Shown here piece by piece: positions 25,962 to 39,418 of a DNA stretch of 64,000 nt; the stretch's first letter is position 1; every line of letters starts with the position of its first letter. A program made the translations under genes and the position numbers. The DNA comes from Tubulanus polymorphus. Lineage: Eukaryota > Animalia > Nemertea. Location of the stretch: positions 6,200,001 to 6,264,000 of the forward strand of contig NC_134029.1 of assembly GCF_964204645.1 (NCBI RefSeq), given 5' to 3'. The notes beneath the pieces are model-generated. The model was given only the letters and a program-made list of their open reading frames with translations, searched no databases and was not told where the DNA came from.

Positions 25962-28166
25962 TCACGGATTTTCATCAGATCGACTGCACCGAATGAATAG
26001 GGAATGATTTTCACGAGATTCCGGGATGAATCCGGCGACAAAAGTTCTTTTCATTCGAATCCCCAGCTGTATTATGCTGTTCGTACTCCGTTTAAGCTCC
26101 TCGTCAAATCCACCGCACATATAGATACTATCGCGCCCCAGCGCCGCCATACCACATTTCTGAGTGACGTCACTCTCTTCCACATCCATATATTTGAATA
26201 ATATATTGTTGACACAGTCGTAGACGTAAATAACGTTGTAGTAGTAGTCGTACTTGTGAATGAAAATATGATTTCCATTAGAGACGGCGTTGCCGCATGG
26301 AAACTGTCCCTCGCATTTGATAATCCACTGACCGCTGGCCAGATTCAGCACCAACAAGCTGTCATCACCCATCACATACAGATAGTGGTTGATCACCAAC
26401 ACCGATGACACTTGTCGAATGTGCATCGGCATCTTGGGTAAAGTTGTCCAGCAATATTTCGTGAAATTAAACCGATATACCGAATCCAGATTACCAACGA
26501 CATAGAGATAATCTGAACCCTGGTGACGAGAGAAGAAAGATTTATGGTTCTTCATCGGTTTTGGAATTTCAGGAAGAGGTCTAATGTATTGAATAGCGTC
26601 CAATGGAATTGTATTGCCGTACTTGATTCGCGCTTCCATTATAATCTGCGAGTCTGTTTTGGTATCCACTGCCCAGAAGTGGTTTGTTGGTATTTCTTCT
26701 TCACCGTAACAACCGCCTAAACAGAGAAATAGTGTTGGTTTAAATCGACATTTTAGAAAAAAAGTTTGTTCAGAAAAACGCTATGTTAACTTCAGCGTAT
26801 ATTATGTACAAAAATGAAAAGTACTAGAATGGGTATTTACACCTTCAGTAGAAATCCTTGACATACGGAAAATGAGTTAGTTGCCACCAACATTGTCTTA
26901 GAATAGAATAGCAATTCATTTTGCAATTCATTTTTTAAGATGTTGCACTCTAAGACATTATTACAAAGTTAAGGTATTAAGTAAGAAAAATACAACAAGA
27001 TCATTTGGGTTCACGGAGAGACTGGTTCAAAGCCATGTAACCCGTAAGCAGTCATCATCGAAAAATTTACTTGCTAAAATGCTCGCCTAACCATCTACAA
27101 TTTCTTCGCCTTGAGCGATATCACATAAATGAAGGTTCTATTGAAAACTTATTAGTAATTACTTGATAAGACAATAGTGAAATAACATCGAATGTGCTAC
27201 GTATTTCAAGCATTTCATTTCATCAAAGTCTGATCAATTGAGGCCAGTTTTATGAAAACATATCCCTTTTTCAAGATTCAAGTGATATCAAAAATACATA
27301 AAGTCTTTATGTATTTTTGGTGATATTTATAGTTGAGTCATAGAATGAATCATTAGAATAAACTACTTACCCGTGAGGTAAACTAAGGATTTATCCGTAT
27401 TGAATGCACTAGAAAAGCTGTGCGTCAGCATACGTGTGCTACCATTGTTGAATGTATAACAGGGTAATGGCACCCGTCTATGCTTACCCCTTTGACCAAA
27501 TCTGTTTAATGAGAGAAACATATAAAAGGTTCACGACCCGCGTAATTGAATTGGTTCAAATAGAAATCATATAATAAAATGATATGATATAAGAAAATAT
27601 ACTTAGATAAATACAACAAAAGAAAGAATCGATCAGTAGAAAATAAAAAGATTTAAAGATAAATGAACGCAAATCAAAATGTAAAAATCATAGAGAAATT
27701 TGATATGTATGATGGCTGATTCGGGGCCATACTAAAAATTTTTCTGTACGGCTAGAGCAACGATAAAAAATGTTCACATTGGCCCGTTTTTTAGTTTTCT
27801 CGCGTGAGAATTTTTGAATTCTCGTGCGAGAAAACCAAACTTTTTAAATTATCGCGCGAGAAAACCAAAAAACGGGCCAATGTGAACATTTCTTTTTTTG
27901 TTGCTCTAGCCGAACAGACAGATTTTTTGGTATGGCCCCAATCAGCCACCAATGAATACGCATTCGTTACGATCTACATAAAAAAAGAAGATGTGTACGG
28001 TATTCATAGACTGAAGACGTATGTATTGCACTTACTTGTTATCGAGCGAATATATTTCTATGTCTGTGAAATGTGAAATCTGGTTGGATATCGACTGACA
28101 TCCCCCAACTAATATCAATTCCACATTGTCATCAGCTGGTAAAACATTGCTCTGTCCGCAACCCAT
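25962..28166 (-). CDS. Kelch-repeat (beta-propeller) protein, 338 aa, no BTB domain, N-terminal MGCGQS acylation motif
   Basis: Exons 28036-28166, 27371-27501 and 25962-26716 splice in frame (1017 nt) with canonical sites. Kelch-like LILVGG, VYLTGG, LYVVGN..YRFN..W, LYVMG..W, IYMCGG. Confidence 0.75.
27289..27319. mobile_element. 31-bp CA..TG hairpin with exact 7-bp flanking duplication (putative minimal MITE)
   Basis: caaaaatacataaag-t-ctttatgtatttttg, flanked by gtgatat at 27282-27288 and 27320-27326. Confidence 0.6.
27713..27948. mobile_element. MITE-like foldback element in a Kelch-gene intron
   Basis: Long imperfect terminal inverted repeats: tggctgattcggggccatactaaaaa...gctagagcaac...aatgttcacattggcccgtttttt versus aaaaaacgggccaatgtgaacatt...gttgctctagc...tggtatggccccaatcagcca. 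Confidence 0.8.
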
Positions 28167-29318
28167 GAGTAAACTGATGATGAAATCAAAGCTATTAAGA
28201 TTGAAAGAGAACAAAGACACTTTATGAGAAATTAGACGCAAATGGACCATAATTTGAAAATCCTTTATCTATAAATGCCTCATACATATTTGGTAGATTT
28301 ATCTAGATCCAAATGTGTGTTCCTGTTCTTTTTAGCCAACATGATCAAGTGAATAAGTGTATTTCATTGTTGTCTCCTTTCTTCGAGATATTGTCGATAA
28401 GAAGTGGAAATTCCGAATTAAAAAGTCGAGATTTCGAAAAAAATCATATGGCCGCAATTCTCCTCCGTAGAAAAAAGACAATTTTTGGAGTTCATGGTCT
28501 GAGACCATCATAACATGAACTCCAAAAGATAAAAATATTGAAATTTGATGGAATACTTACGAAAAAAATGTAATTGCCTAAATAAGTCAAACTACGCAGT
28601 ATCGTTGATTAAGTTTATATCATTTAGTAATCCCGATCCAAGATTTTATGTTCGTTTGAGCTCCTTCCTTCCGTTGCGGATGTTTAGTAGTAATAGAATA
28701 CTCATCCATCGGGTGCCGTCTATATACATACACACATCTAGGAACAACAAACACGACCCGAATTCCACTAAACAAAGATCATCGTCAAATAAAACCCCCA
28801 TAAGGACAAACGAGTGGATAAAAACCGTATTTTCCAGGATTCCAGCATTTTACCCGGTCCCGGAAGTACGTCGACCCCGATCGATTCAGCACAACGCAGA
28901 CGATTCCAGGAAATGGATGCGGTTGTTCTTTCATCGGTGGTTACTGTGTTTTCAGTGATAATTATTGACGGAGATCGTCAATGAACAGCGTTACGAATAA
29001 TCGCCGTAAATTCCTCGAAACAAATGACATTGAATGCGTAAAATAATGACCTGTTTATTAACTGTGTTATGTTCGTAGATATTCGTTAAAAAACAATGAT
29101 ATTTCGTCTGTTTATCGACCAAAGAGAATTTAGCGCCATAAAATGGCAAACTTGTAAGTTTATTCCTACACGGCAGTAAAAACCTTACGTGCCATACTTT
29201 TTGATTCGATAATAAAACTGACATTTGTTCATACTTGTGCTTCGATTGTTCGCATTAGAAGTGTATAATGAAACAAAACTTGGAAAATGTAAAACAAAGT
29301 AGGGACCTGTAAAACCTG

Positions 29319-29545
29319 TGAAATTTCCCGATAGAGACATGAGAATCGATAAAAAGTTTTTTGGAAGTTTTACTCACTATTACATAAAAACTTATTACAA
29401 AAAATTGAAAATTGTAAAAAGCCTTTGAATAATACGAATGAATTTCTGTCGATCTCGAAAATTTCAAGAATTTTACATAACTGTTACTATTATCACGAGC
29501 TATTAAATGCGATAAACAATGATTTGAGTCGAATTATCAAGAATA
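29319..29545. repeat. Second copy of the dispersed repeat at 1-220
   Basis: Colinear similarity to the window start. Confidence 0.55.
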
Positions 29546-32322
29546 CGGTTTCAATGTTAATATCCTCATCAGCGCGCATTGTTGCAGAAAATATTCGAAC
29601 GAATTACGTCATAAAAAAGGTAACTATCAGCGGGTCTGATCGATATTTCCACTTTGTTTCAGCGATATGAACGAAATGAAAAATTGAATTGAAAAAATAA
29701 GGAGAAAAAATTCGACAAGGCGGACCCAGGGGGTACCCAAAAACATGGCGCCTGGAAACCGTAAAATGGCTTATCGGGTAAGAAATCTTCGATTTTCAGA
29801 GTAGCACGTTTTCGAATACGAGTTAACTAGTGTATGATGATATGAGCAGAGACAAATGCCAAGGGGTTTCCTGACAGACTCATAAACTTAGAAGATTCGT
29901 GCTCAGTGACCCCGAAACGGTTGAATCAGTGGAGTGCGACCCTTGATACAAAATCCATCAATCACTATAGCACGAATGCATAATATTCGCCACTTCCGAG
30001 AATAAAAATCGAATCCCAACTGTGTATTTAGATATCACAAAGTACCTCGTAAATTTCGTCTCGTTAATTACATCGAGATCTCGTGTATACGCGCGTCTTC
30101 AGGAAATGATTCGTATTCAAGATCATATCTCGTTCAAGTTGTAATATTCGCTTGGAGAAGATAAAACCATTTAAATTCTATCGACCTGCTAAATATGAAG
30201 AAAATGCTTGGAAATTGTCACGTATATTCGTAAAGTCTGCAGGTTTACCGCCCATCGTAGATAAACTTACATTCTATATAGCTGTGTGGAATAGTTAGAA
30301 AAATCTTTGAACTTACCTCCCTCACTCGTTTTCACGGGAAAATGTGTTCCCGAAACAAAGCGAATCTCGCTTTATCTAGAATCGATAATTCTGTGTATTT
30401 TACAACATCTTGTGCATCATCGTTTCGCGCGTATAATTCACGATAATGTCACCAGTAGCGTGCGTAAAATACCCTGATCAAAACTAATTACGCTTAGTAT
30501 GAAGAGACGTAGCTAAAGCTACCTGAAGCTATTATCGGAATAATTTCATCAGGATTTCACCGTCGTTGTGCGAGCTACAAAAATAGCAACATTATTGGAT
30601 CTATAAATTGTCATTGACGCTCACTCCTTAACAAATAATATAGACGATCTAATCATTTTTTATTTCTATATCGGAAGTCCTCCTGCATATGAGGGCTATT
30701 CACGTACATGCCTTTTTAAAACAAATCTATTTTTAAAACTTTTGTTAAGAAAAATTAATTAGTACCATTTGAATGTGACCGCTTGCCGCATGCCGGATGT
30801 ATATGATTTCACGATCGAAAATGACTAACAGGATCAGTTGGTTTTTTATGTATCTTTATTGGCAACAATTTTTCAGCTTTTTACATATAATGGAAGCATA
30901 ATAACGATAACTGAGCAAGAATACGGGTTAAGCATTATATTCAGTATTGAGATGAACTTTAAGCACAAGGGAAAGGGACCTTGTGAGAATTCCTACCCAA
31001 GCTCTATGGTTTTAATGTGCCAGAACACGATACATTGGAAGGAATTGAAACGAACCATTAGAAAACGACATAGATTCTACAAACGAAAAATATGTAGCCA
31101 CAGCACCAACCGCTGGTCTAACGGGGTTGTTATGACATGCCCTGAGGGCATTCTAGGGGTTCGTGCTTAAGTATCTCCAAGTACCTTTTTTAACAGATTC
31201 ACTCGTACGAAATGTATGTAGAAAGGTTTTTAATTGTCGATTTCGATATCAGGTTCTTGTTGAAAATTGCACAAATGCACAATATTGATATAAAGAATGT
31301 CACTCAATATCAATGATTCACTAATTATTACTGCGCGTCCTTAAGAAACTCTACGCGCTATTGAAATTTGCTTATTGCCCTTTTTGCTATGTTGCTCAGG
31401 TTTGACCCATCCCGTAAATCCTGACAACGGGCCTGTTTTCAATATAACTGATCATCTGATTCCTGTGTGCCCTAAGAAACTTCTCGTGTTTAGCACGAAA
31501 GATTTCTTGACACGCAGGAAAATGAACAGAGGACAAATTTGATGTATCGTGCAACAGTCTATTCTAAAGTGATCGGTATGTATATTTCTTTCCGTATTTT
31601 TTCACTATACGCTGTTGTGACGTAATAGCGAGTACATTCTATATACATCGACGGTTTTTACCTTTTAGTACGAAAATAACTAAATGATTCTAGATAAAAT
31701 ACTGAAAGCTTTTTAAGCATAGTGTCTCCGAAATAGTAATATATTCGAATAATAAATGCAAGTCGCTAATACGGACCGGTCATTTTAGCGTATTAACATG
31801 TACGTACATAAATATACATATATATTTCGTTTATACATTACGTGATAGTTAAAAAGAGCCATTCGAATCTACCGCTTATGATTTGCGGTGAGGGCGCAGT
31901 CCAGCCGGAGTCATGTAAAGATTAGGGAGCCATTCAGGGCAGGAATGTTAAGGGAATGAAGTCTATACGGTCTGCTTAGTTGTATCAAGCACGGTTTAAA
32001 CTCTGAGACGAGAGCGTCGGAATAATCTAAGCTAAGACGAAGCAGATGCGAATATGTAGGATATTTTACATTTTGTCGATGCTAGAATGAGTCATGATAA
32101 CGGAACACAACGTTTGATGCCTCTTCACAGGACACAATAACGAACAACAATGGAGCCTAGGTATGAAGAAGAAATGGATCTACATATTTCAATAGAAATA
32201 TATCGTCGATTGAAACCGCAATCAACGATGAAACGATTTCTTCAAAAGATCAAATCAATATGAGCGGTGTCCTTACGAAAAGTGAAGATGCATCGAATGC
32301 TTGTTTCAGATTTAAGTAATTT

Positions 32323-35300
32323 CTAGTAAAGTAAGTCGTCTAATGTTTTGGGAATTGAATCTTGCCCTGAATTAAGGCTGGGTTCTTCGATTGATAGAAT
32401 TTCGCTGGGTCTGCGCAGAAGGGCCGACCTACCGGCTGGACCTGCGTGCTCGTGTTTACTAGCCAGACCCATCAACTCGCTATAAACGTTAAACGTTTCT
32501 CTACGCGACAGCAACCTATCATCCGCGTCAAAACTTCCGGTCGAACTGCCGTCTGCGATCATCGCCTGACCACGTGGTCGTGACATCATGTTTTTGTACC
32601 ATTCTCGACTTTCTTCATTCGACTCGAGATCGATTTCAATGATACGAGTTATGATAACCGCCGTTTTGCGCCACATGTCCATTGTTCCCCAAATCGGGAT
32701 AGTTCGTTCGCATCTCACTTTCACTTCCACCTGAGCGCGACCGTTTTTCACACCGAGTTCAACATTCTCGGAGACCGAATCGAAAGTTTCAATCGAATCT
32801 AAACTAGGAATAGTTCCGTCAGCGTGCACTAGGTGGGGCTCTCCGATAATCTCCTCTTCCTCGCGATCTACGTGTACATTTTGATTAACGGAAGTAACTG
32901 TAGGGTTTACGAGTTTACTTTTCGATTTGACAACGGAGTTTTGTTCCAAGTAATTTTCAGCTTGAGTGTAATAGTCGTAACGTCTTGGTTTATAGACATA
33001 TTCGGACCTTAGTTTATCCATGTAACTCCTATGATCGGTATAATCCAAATCTTCAGTTTCAATTTCGTTATTGTAAATATGGGTTCCAGTCGTCGTTTTA
33101 GAATGATCAGTTCTTGTCTCATTTACGTAAGTCGAAGGCTGGAAATCGGGTATACTCGGTCTTTGTTTACTCTTTCTTCGGGCGCTACCGTCGTATTTAT
33201 AAAAATACCGATCAGGCAACTTGACATCATCTAAAAGAACTGATTCTGAAATAGAAAATTGTGATGTTGAAACTTTTTCAAGTATCTAATCGTAGATATT
33301 TCCACCCACACCTTTATATCTTAAAGCTTATATTCTTATTTTACTGGCGTGACCTACCTGAGCCAAGCATTTACCAAAAATACCAGTTTGTAACAAACAA
33401 ATTGAAGAATACTTATTCGATAAAAAATAACATGGCGTAAGACATGTCAGATATGATTTGATATATGATGAATGTTATAATCGTGTAGAGAAGATTTTTA
33501 TTCCGAACTTGTGGCCGACTGGGACCTTTAGGTAATAAGTTTATTCTAACTTCACCAGTCGTCCAGCGTCTTATATCACATTATTTTGTATCAATTCCTG
33601 CAACTTCATATTGTAATTTAAATCGCGAATAAAACATTATAATCATTATTGTTCGCAGACATTTAGTATCATAAACAGGGTTCTTGTTATATATCATACG
33701 TATACAGTTATGCAGTGAGTTAGGACGTGCTCTAACTAGGTTTTGAAAAAATTATACATGTTCAAGTATATCATATAGACAGTCTGGCTTGTTATATTTC
33801 GTCGTCAGAATAAGTTTTGTTTACACTCGAGCGGGTGAAACTCTCTGTGTGAAAAGCTTCAAATATTTCTAGGAGTGCTTGGGTTAACGTATATACATTC
33901 CTAGCGAACAATCAAAAAAGGAAAATATAGTAAGAAGCCCATTATTTTAATTCATGTAATAATCTCGAAGTCTTATTCTGGACCTCTTGTATTGACAAAC
34001 ATACACGAAAAGCATAATAATCTGATGTGGATATTTTTCCGAAATTACGTTCTGTGGGTCTCTTCTGCGCAGTTCGAATATAAATCGGTACGTAGTACCC
34101 TTATTTTCCCACACAGTGAAAAGTTGGATGACTAGTTTCAATGGCCATGTGTGCATTGTTCGATAAGAACAATTGACACACAGAGCACTGAAAGTTACGT
34201 CGATTGCGGCGTACAGATTTGGTCTCAAATACGTAAGACTCTACACTATCCGAAATATCACATCCTGGTTATTTGAACAACTCTTTAATGCATATCTACT
34301 TATATCGTTCGTGTTTTGATAGGAAGTCAAGGATTGGCACGCAATAAGCCATGTTTATGTGATGAAACCAAAAAATTGCTGAAACTTTGTTATATTGTTA
34401 AGTTAACTAGTTATATGGTTAACTAATTTACCTAATCATTACTAAAATGTGTTAAACTACGAAAGAGTTGCAAACATGTTATTATAAATATGATTATTTA
34501 GCTCATTATTAGTTCGGGCAACGTTAGCTACGAATCCTATCTACGTATTAGAGCGCTTTGGTAAAACAGTTACGAGGCGAGGGTGCAGCGGTCAAAATGC
34601 ATGCAAACCCACCGCGTTCTGTGGTCGTACGTGTAACTCGCGTCGCCGGATTCCTCCTTTGTTGGTCTAAATGGGACTGGAACACTGCTTTCGGTAGCGA
34701 GTAGATAAAATCGGACTCGTCGATTCCTACCTTTTCTGGCGGCGGTGGAGGTCTATGGTAGTTTGTACGCGTTCTCGTGGTAAACGTTTCTTCACGTCTG
34801 CTCAGGTCGGGGTTGCTGTCGTACATCGGATTGGCTCGATTCACGTAAAACGACGTCTGAAATACATTACCATCATCTCCATATTCACTGAGCTTTCCGT
34901 CGTCATCTTCGACCACATTCATAAACTGTGGTGCTCCAGCAACGCCTTCTAGTTGATTTGAAATCAATATTCTTCCTCTCTCCACCTGCATGTCCGGCCG
35001 CTGTTCGCTGATGATGATCTGCGCGATATTTTTCGTTGTATCTTCACCGTCCGAACCGGACGACGATGAGACATCAAGTTTCATCGGTTTCTCGATGTTT
35101 ACGCCTGACATGTACCGCCGGCCGGATTCTAAGAACGCGTGGTCATCGTTAACGTCGACGCTAGGGTACGCGTCTTCGACATAAATACCACCATCGCCGA
35201 ACTCGAACATCGTATCCGAATGTTCTAGATTAACATCCATTAATGTTTCCTTATTTAAGTTCACGAAGACCGACTGCCCGGAGGTGTGACGTACCCTATC

Positions 35301-37544
35301 GTTGTCACCACTGAGACTGTAGGGGGCGCTGTGGACGTAGGTTTTGGTGGTCTCAGTGTTTGTTTGATTGTAAGCGGGTGTGTCGCGATAAATACGAATA
35401 TTGTCGCTTTGTGGAGACAGGACGTGATTCATCTGTCTATTATTTACTGTTTTCTCCGGAATTGTGATATAGATTGAATTATAAGCTGATTTCATACCTT
35501 TCTGTTTTTCTGCTTCAACTTGTTCGCTCGTCGTGTGTGTGGTTGATACACTCGTTATTGACTTGGAAATTGGACGTATTTCGACTTCGTTTACAGGTTG
35601 TTCGATTTCTTGTTCTACATAAACGTTTATCTCTCTATCAGTCGTAACCGGCTTCTCTTCGACCAACGGCGGTTCGTAACTCATACGTTTAACGATGCCT
35701 CTTATTTTTGGTAAATCATCTAGATTCGTCTTTTTATCGGCGAATGTTTGTTGAAGCGGTTCCTCTTCGACTTCGCGGTATTCTTCCACGTTTATCTCCG
35801 GTACAATTTCTACTTTATGGTGCTCGGGTTTCGGTGACGCCTTGCTACTTTTGGCCTCCGCAGGTTTGCTCTGGTACAGGGGGTTCTGTCGACGGACGTG
35901 ATAATTCGGTTTAAAAATGTTGTCCGAATTGTTACCCTTTTTTCCTTTTTTATGCTTTTTCGACGATTTCTCATTTTCCGACGGATCAGAATCCCGATGG
36001 ACGCGAACTATACGCTTAGTAGTTTCTATATTATCTTGTATTTCTTTGCGGGAATTGTGCGGGCTTTTCTGAACCTTAACGCCGACGGGCTGTGGCTTCT
36101 CATAACCATTAGTGACGTACTCGGTCTTCGCAACTTGCGTTTTTGCAGAGTGATTATTTGGCGCGTACTTTTCATGCTTGATGTGATGTTGTTTGCGAAT
36201 CATTTTCGGAGATATCGCTCGGAGAATGTTCGGTTTGCCATTCTCTCGTTTGACCACACGGACGTACTGATCGCCATTGTTTAGAGTAGGATTTTCAGCG
36301 TGATTTTCGGCTTTCACCGCTCGACTCTCAAGAAACCGGACATTATCAACGCGCGCAGGCTCAGATCGTTCAACTCGGATAACAGCATTGTTAAGATTCG
36401 GAATCTTATCAGCCTTGCCGCCTCCTTCCTTTTTAATGACTACGTTTTTATATCGCTTTTGTCCATTGTCCTCTGTTACTATCTTCGCGGGGATAGAGTT
36501 ATCGTCGCTCGTAGATGAACTACGACTTTCGATGCGGTACCTTTGTGGAATGTTATTCGAATCTTCAACAACTACGACCTTTTGTACGCCGCCGTGACCA
36601 GTGTCTAGATCACCGACTTTGATTCGTTTGCCTTCGATAACAACGATCTTATTCCCACTTTCGTCGTAATCTACGCGAACATTTGCCGTGTCTTTGTCAA
36701 CTTTTCCGTGTTCGTTGCCCATGTCGGTGGTAACGTAATCCAATTTGCGTTGATCTAGATCAGCATTCGATTTGTAGCGTTTTTCTAACGATTCCAAGCG
36801 TCTCAATCGTCTGTCGACGTCGGTTCCGTCACCGAATTTATTCAACAGCTCCTCTGTTTTGCCTTTCGTCAACACTCGTACCGAATCCGGCGAAGATGTC
36901 TGCGCAGCATAAAAATGTTTTGGATTTTCGAATTTTTCCTTCGTTTTTGATACACTGCCGCGTCTGACTACCCGCTTAATATGTCTAGCTTCTGTGGGAT
37001 TAGTCAAATAGATGTTCAAGTCGATACTTGCAGGCTCGCTTACAGCGTAACTACTGGCATTTCCGCTCGTGGTCGCTAAGCTAACGGGCTCACTGATGAC
37101 CATGGAACTGGCCATAGAACCAGAGCTCGGGAACGACTCGTCTTCGCTACTGTATACATTGCTTGTGTGAACTGCTCGTTGCTTATAGCGGGTATGTGAG
37201 TCACGAACATGGCCACGAACATTTTGAGTACTCTCGACATTTTCAGGCAATCTAGAAGTTGTCGATACCGATCTTAATTCAGTTACACGAGGACCCTTCA
37301 CCGTTTGAACGTTCGCCTGGTTTTCATTTATTCCGTACCCAATCATGGTGTCAGCGGTTGGTACCATAACACTCATTGGGGCGTATCCGTCGTAATAAAC
37401 ACTGCTTTCTTCGTGTTCCATGTCTTTTATACTTCTTGACTTGGGAGTTTCCTTTGACATCTTTTTCCCACCTTTTCTTTCTCTGCGAAACCGACGCCTA
37501 GCGTCACTGGTCTTTTGCTTCGTGTCTTTTGGCTTTCTTAACAT
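32323..37544 (-). CDS. Uncharacterised ~1284-aa, largely disordered protein (2 coding exons)
   Basis: Exon 34613-37544 (donor G|gtgggt) joins in frame (phase 1) to exon 32323-33245 (acceptor tttcag), total 3855 nt. 5'UTR intron 37575-37718; TATA-like element near 38005. No domain recognised. Confidence 0.7.
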
Positions 37545-39418
37545 TTTGCAACTTTTTTTTTAGCAAATCGCCATCTGTAACACGTATTTAAATATGTAGT
37601 AAATGACATATATAACATCTAAATTGAGGGGAATTTACCAGACATTCTTGTACCTCATACATTGAAATAAAGTTCCTCAGTAGTATATAAAGGTGTAACC
37701 GTTTTTGGCGTTACTCACCTGTATATTCAAGACGTGGGTGGTAACATACGCGCTCAAAGAAAATTACAACTCCCTATAACAAATATTCCGAACGTGATCT
37801 TCACGAATTCCATCGTTGTCTCAATATAGAATCTGCGCTACATTGTCGAATCTCAAATCCGCTAACGAGTAATTTCTGTGTATATGCAGTTCATTAGAGT
37901 GAGAAATACGTGATCAGTTTTCTCGAAGTGTCGAATTGTTTAACAGTGCTGGGTGCGCATGTAAAGCAACTAACAATGCCCGGCGGACAAGATTCTAACC
38001 GGTCTATATATAATGCGTCAATAGGCAGTCATTTTTTTCAATTACCACGGATTTCATTATGAAATTTGTAAAACCTTCCAACTCCGATCAACAGTGACGA
38101 TTCGTTTTAACACATTCAGGCTGGATATATAATGTGTTTAAATAGGTCGCAAATAGAATATAAAGAATTTCAGAAAATTAAAGTCGATCTCGAACTTTTT
38201 CGTAATGTTGACAGATTTCACAAACGTAAACCCAATCCATATAAATCCCATTCGGATCGTGCTTCGAAATATCACATTAGGAGTATAAACTGAAAATAAT
38301 AACAGTGATCGTTTATCAAAAGATAAATATAAAAATATTGCACAAGAAAGAAATGCGGGTAAATTGGGTCACACGCAGGAATGTCATTCGGTTAGCACGT
38401 TCGAATTGACTTGAAGCTCGTTTTTAGATTTTAAACTGGTCTGACGACATATTTTGATCACTGATAAAAAAATCAACAACATCCTTCCCATATAGATAAT
38501 CATATCTGGGTTAATAAGATAAATGCAAACTCTATAGTTCGTTTTCACAATACGGTCTTAAATCGTCGTATTTCTGCGTGGGACCTGTAAGTGTAAAAAA
38601 TAATGTAATCACATGAGTTGTTTATGCTCGATAATTCACATATTTTTCACACCATTTTTCTGATTACCTGCTACAAGTGGCTATTGGTAAGCAGCTACGA
38701 GCTTTTGGAATAAACCTTTAATCATCTGTGTTTTCTACAAACACTATGAAAATGGTGCGATTGCGCACTTGCTTTAAATATTGTCGTGGACGTCATTAGG
38801 TTCAATGACATATCTACCAATCTAAGACCAGCTTTGGATTAGTTTCAATTCATCTCGATTTTTTTGAAAGGTTCCCCTAGTAGAATGAAATTAAAAATGT
38901 TTCAAACACATTCATCCGAGTGTTTTTTGGCTAATGTAAATTCCTAGATAAAGATGGCTATGTAATTTCTCACGCCCACTGCCGTAGATTCATCTTCTCT
39001 AGGATGTATTCACCCGTACCCTCGATCCAACGTACTTGTACAACGCGTGAAGTGTTCTTCAAAGAGAAAATATTTAACAACAATTGCACAATGACCACTT
39101 GATCCCTTTTCTATATGGGTGTGTTTCTCCAGTACTGGATATCTAAAAATACAATACTGCGATTCGGAATAGAAATAGCTGTACATTTATTCTGTAAAAA
39201 GAGGAGTTAGACGCGTGTCTTTTTTTCGTGTGGATCTGTAATATGGGATCATCAAATGAAAGAAGCGTCAGATGATAAGTTGACAGAAAGTCTTTATTTG
39301 AAAGCTGATCAAGTAAGTTTGCAAACATTCCAGGAATCTTTCAAATTCTCGAAAGAATACCTGGATATCATGTCTCTATTTCTTTGGTTTTTTATAGATG
39401 TGTTCATGAATCACGATC

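Noticed and set aside
28545-28958. 137-aa ORF as a transposase fragment
   Set aside because: No DDE or other recognisable motif; it lies in repeat-like non-coding sequence.
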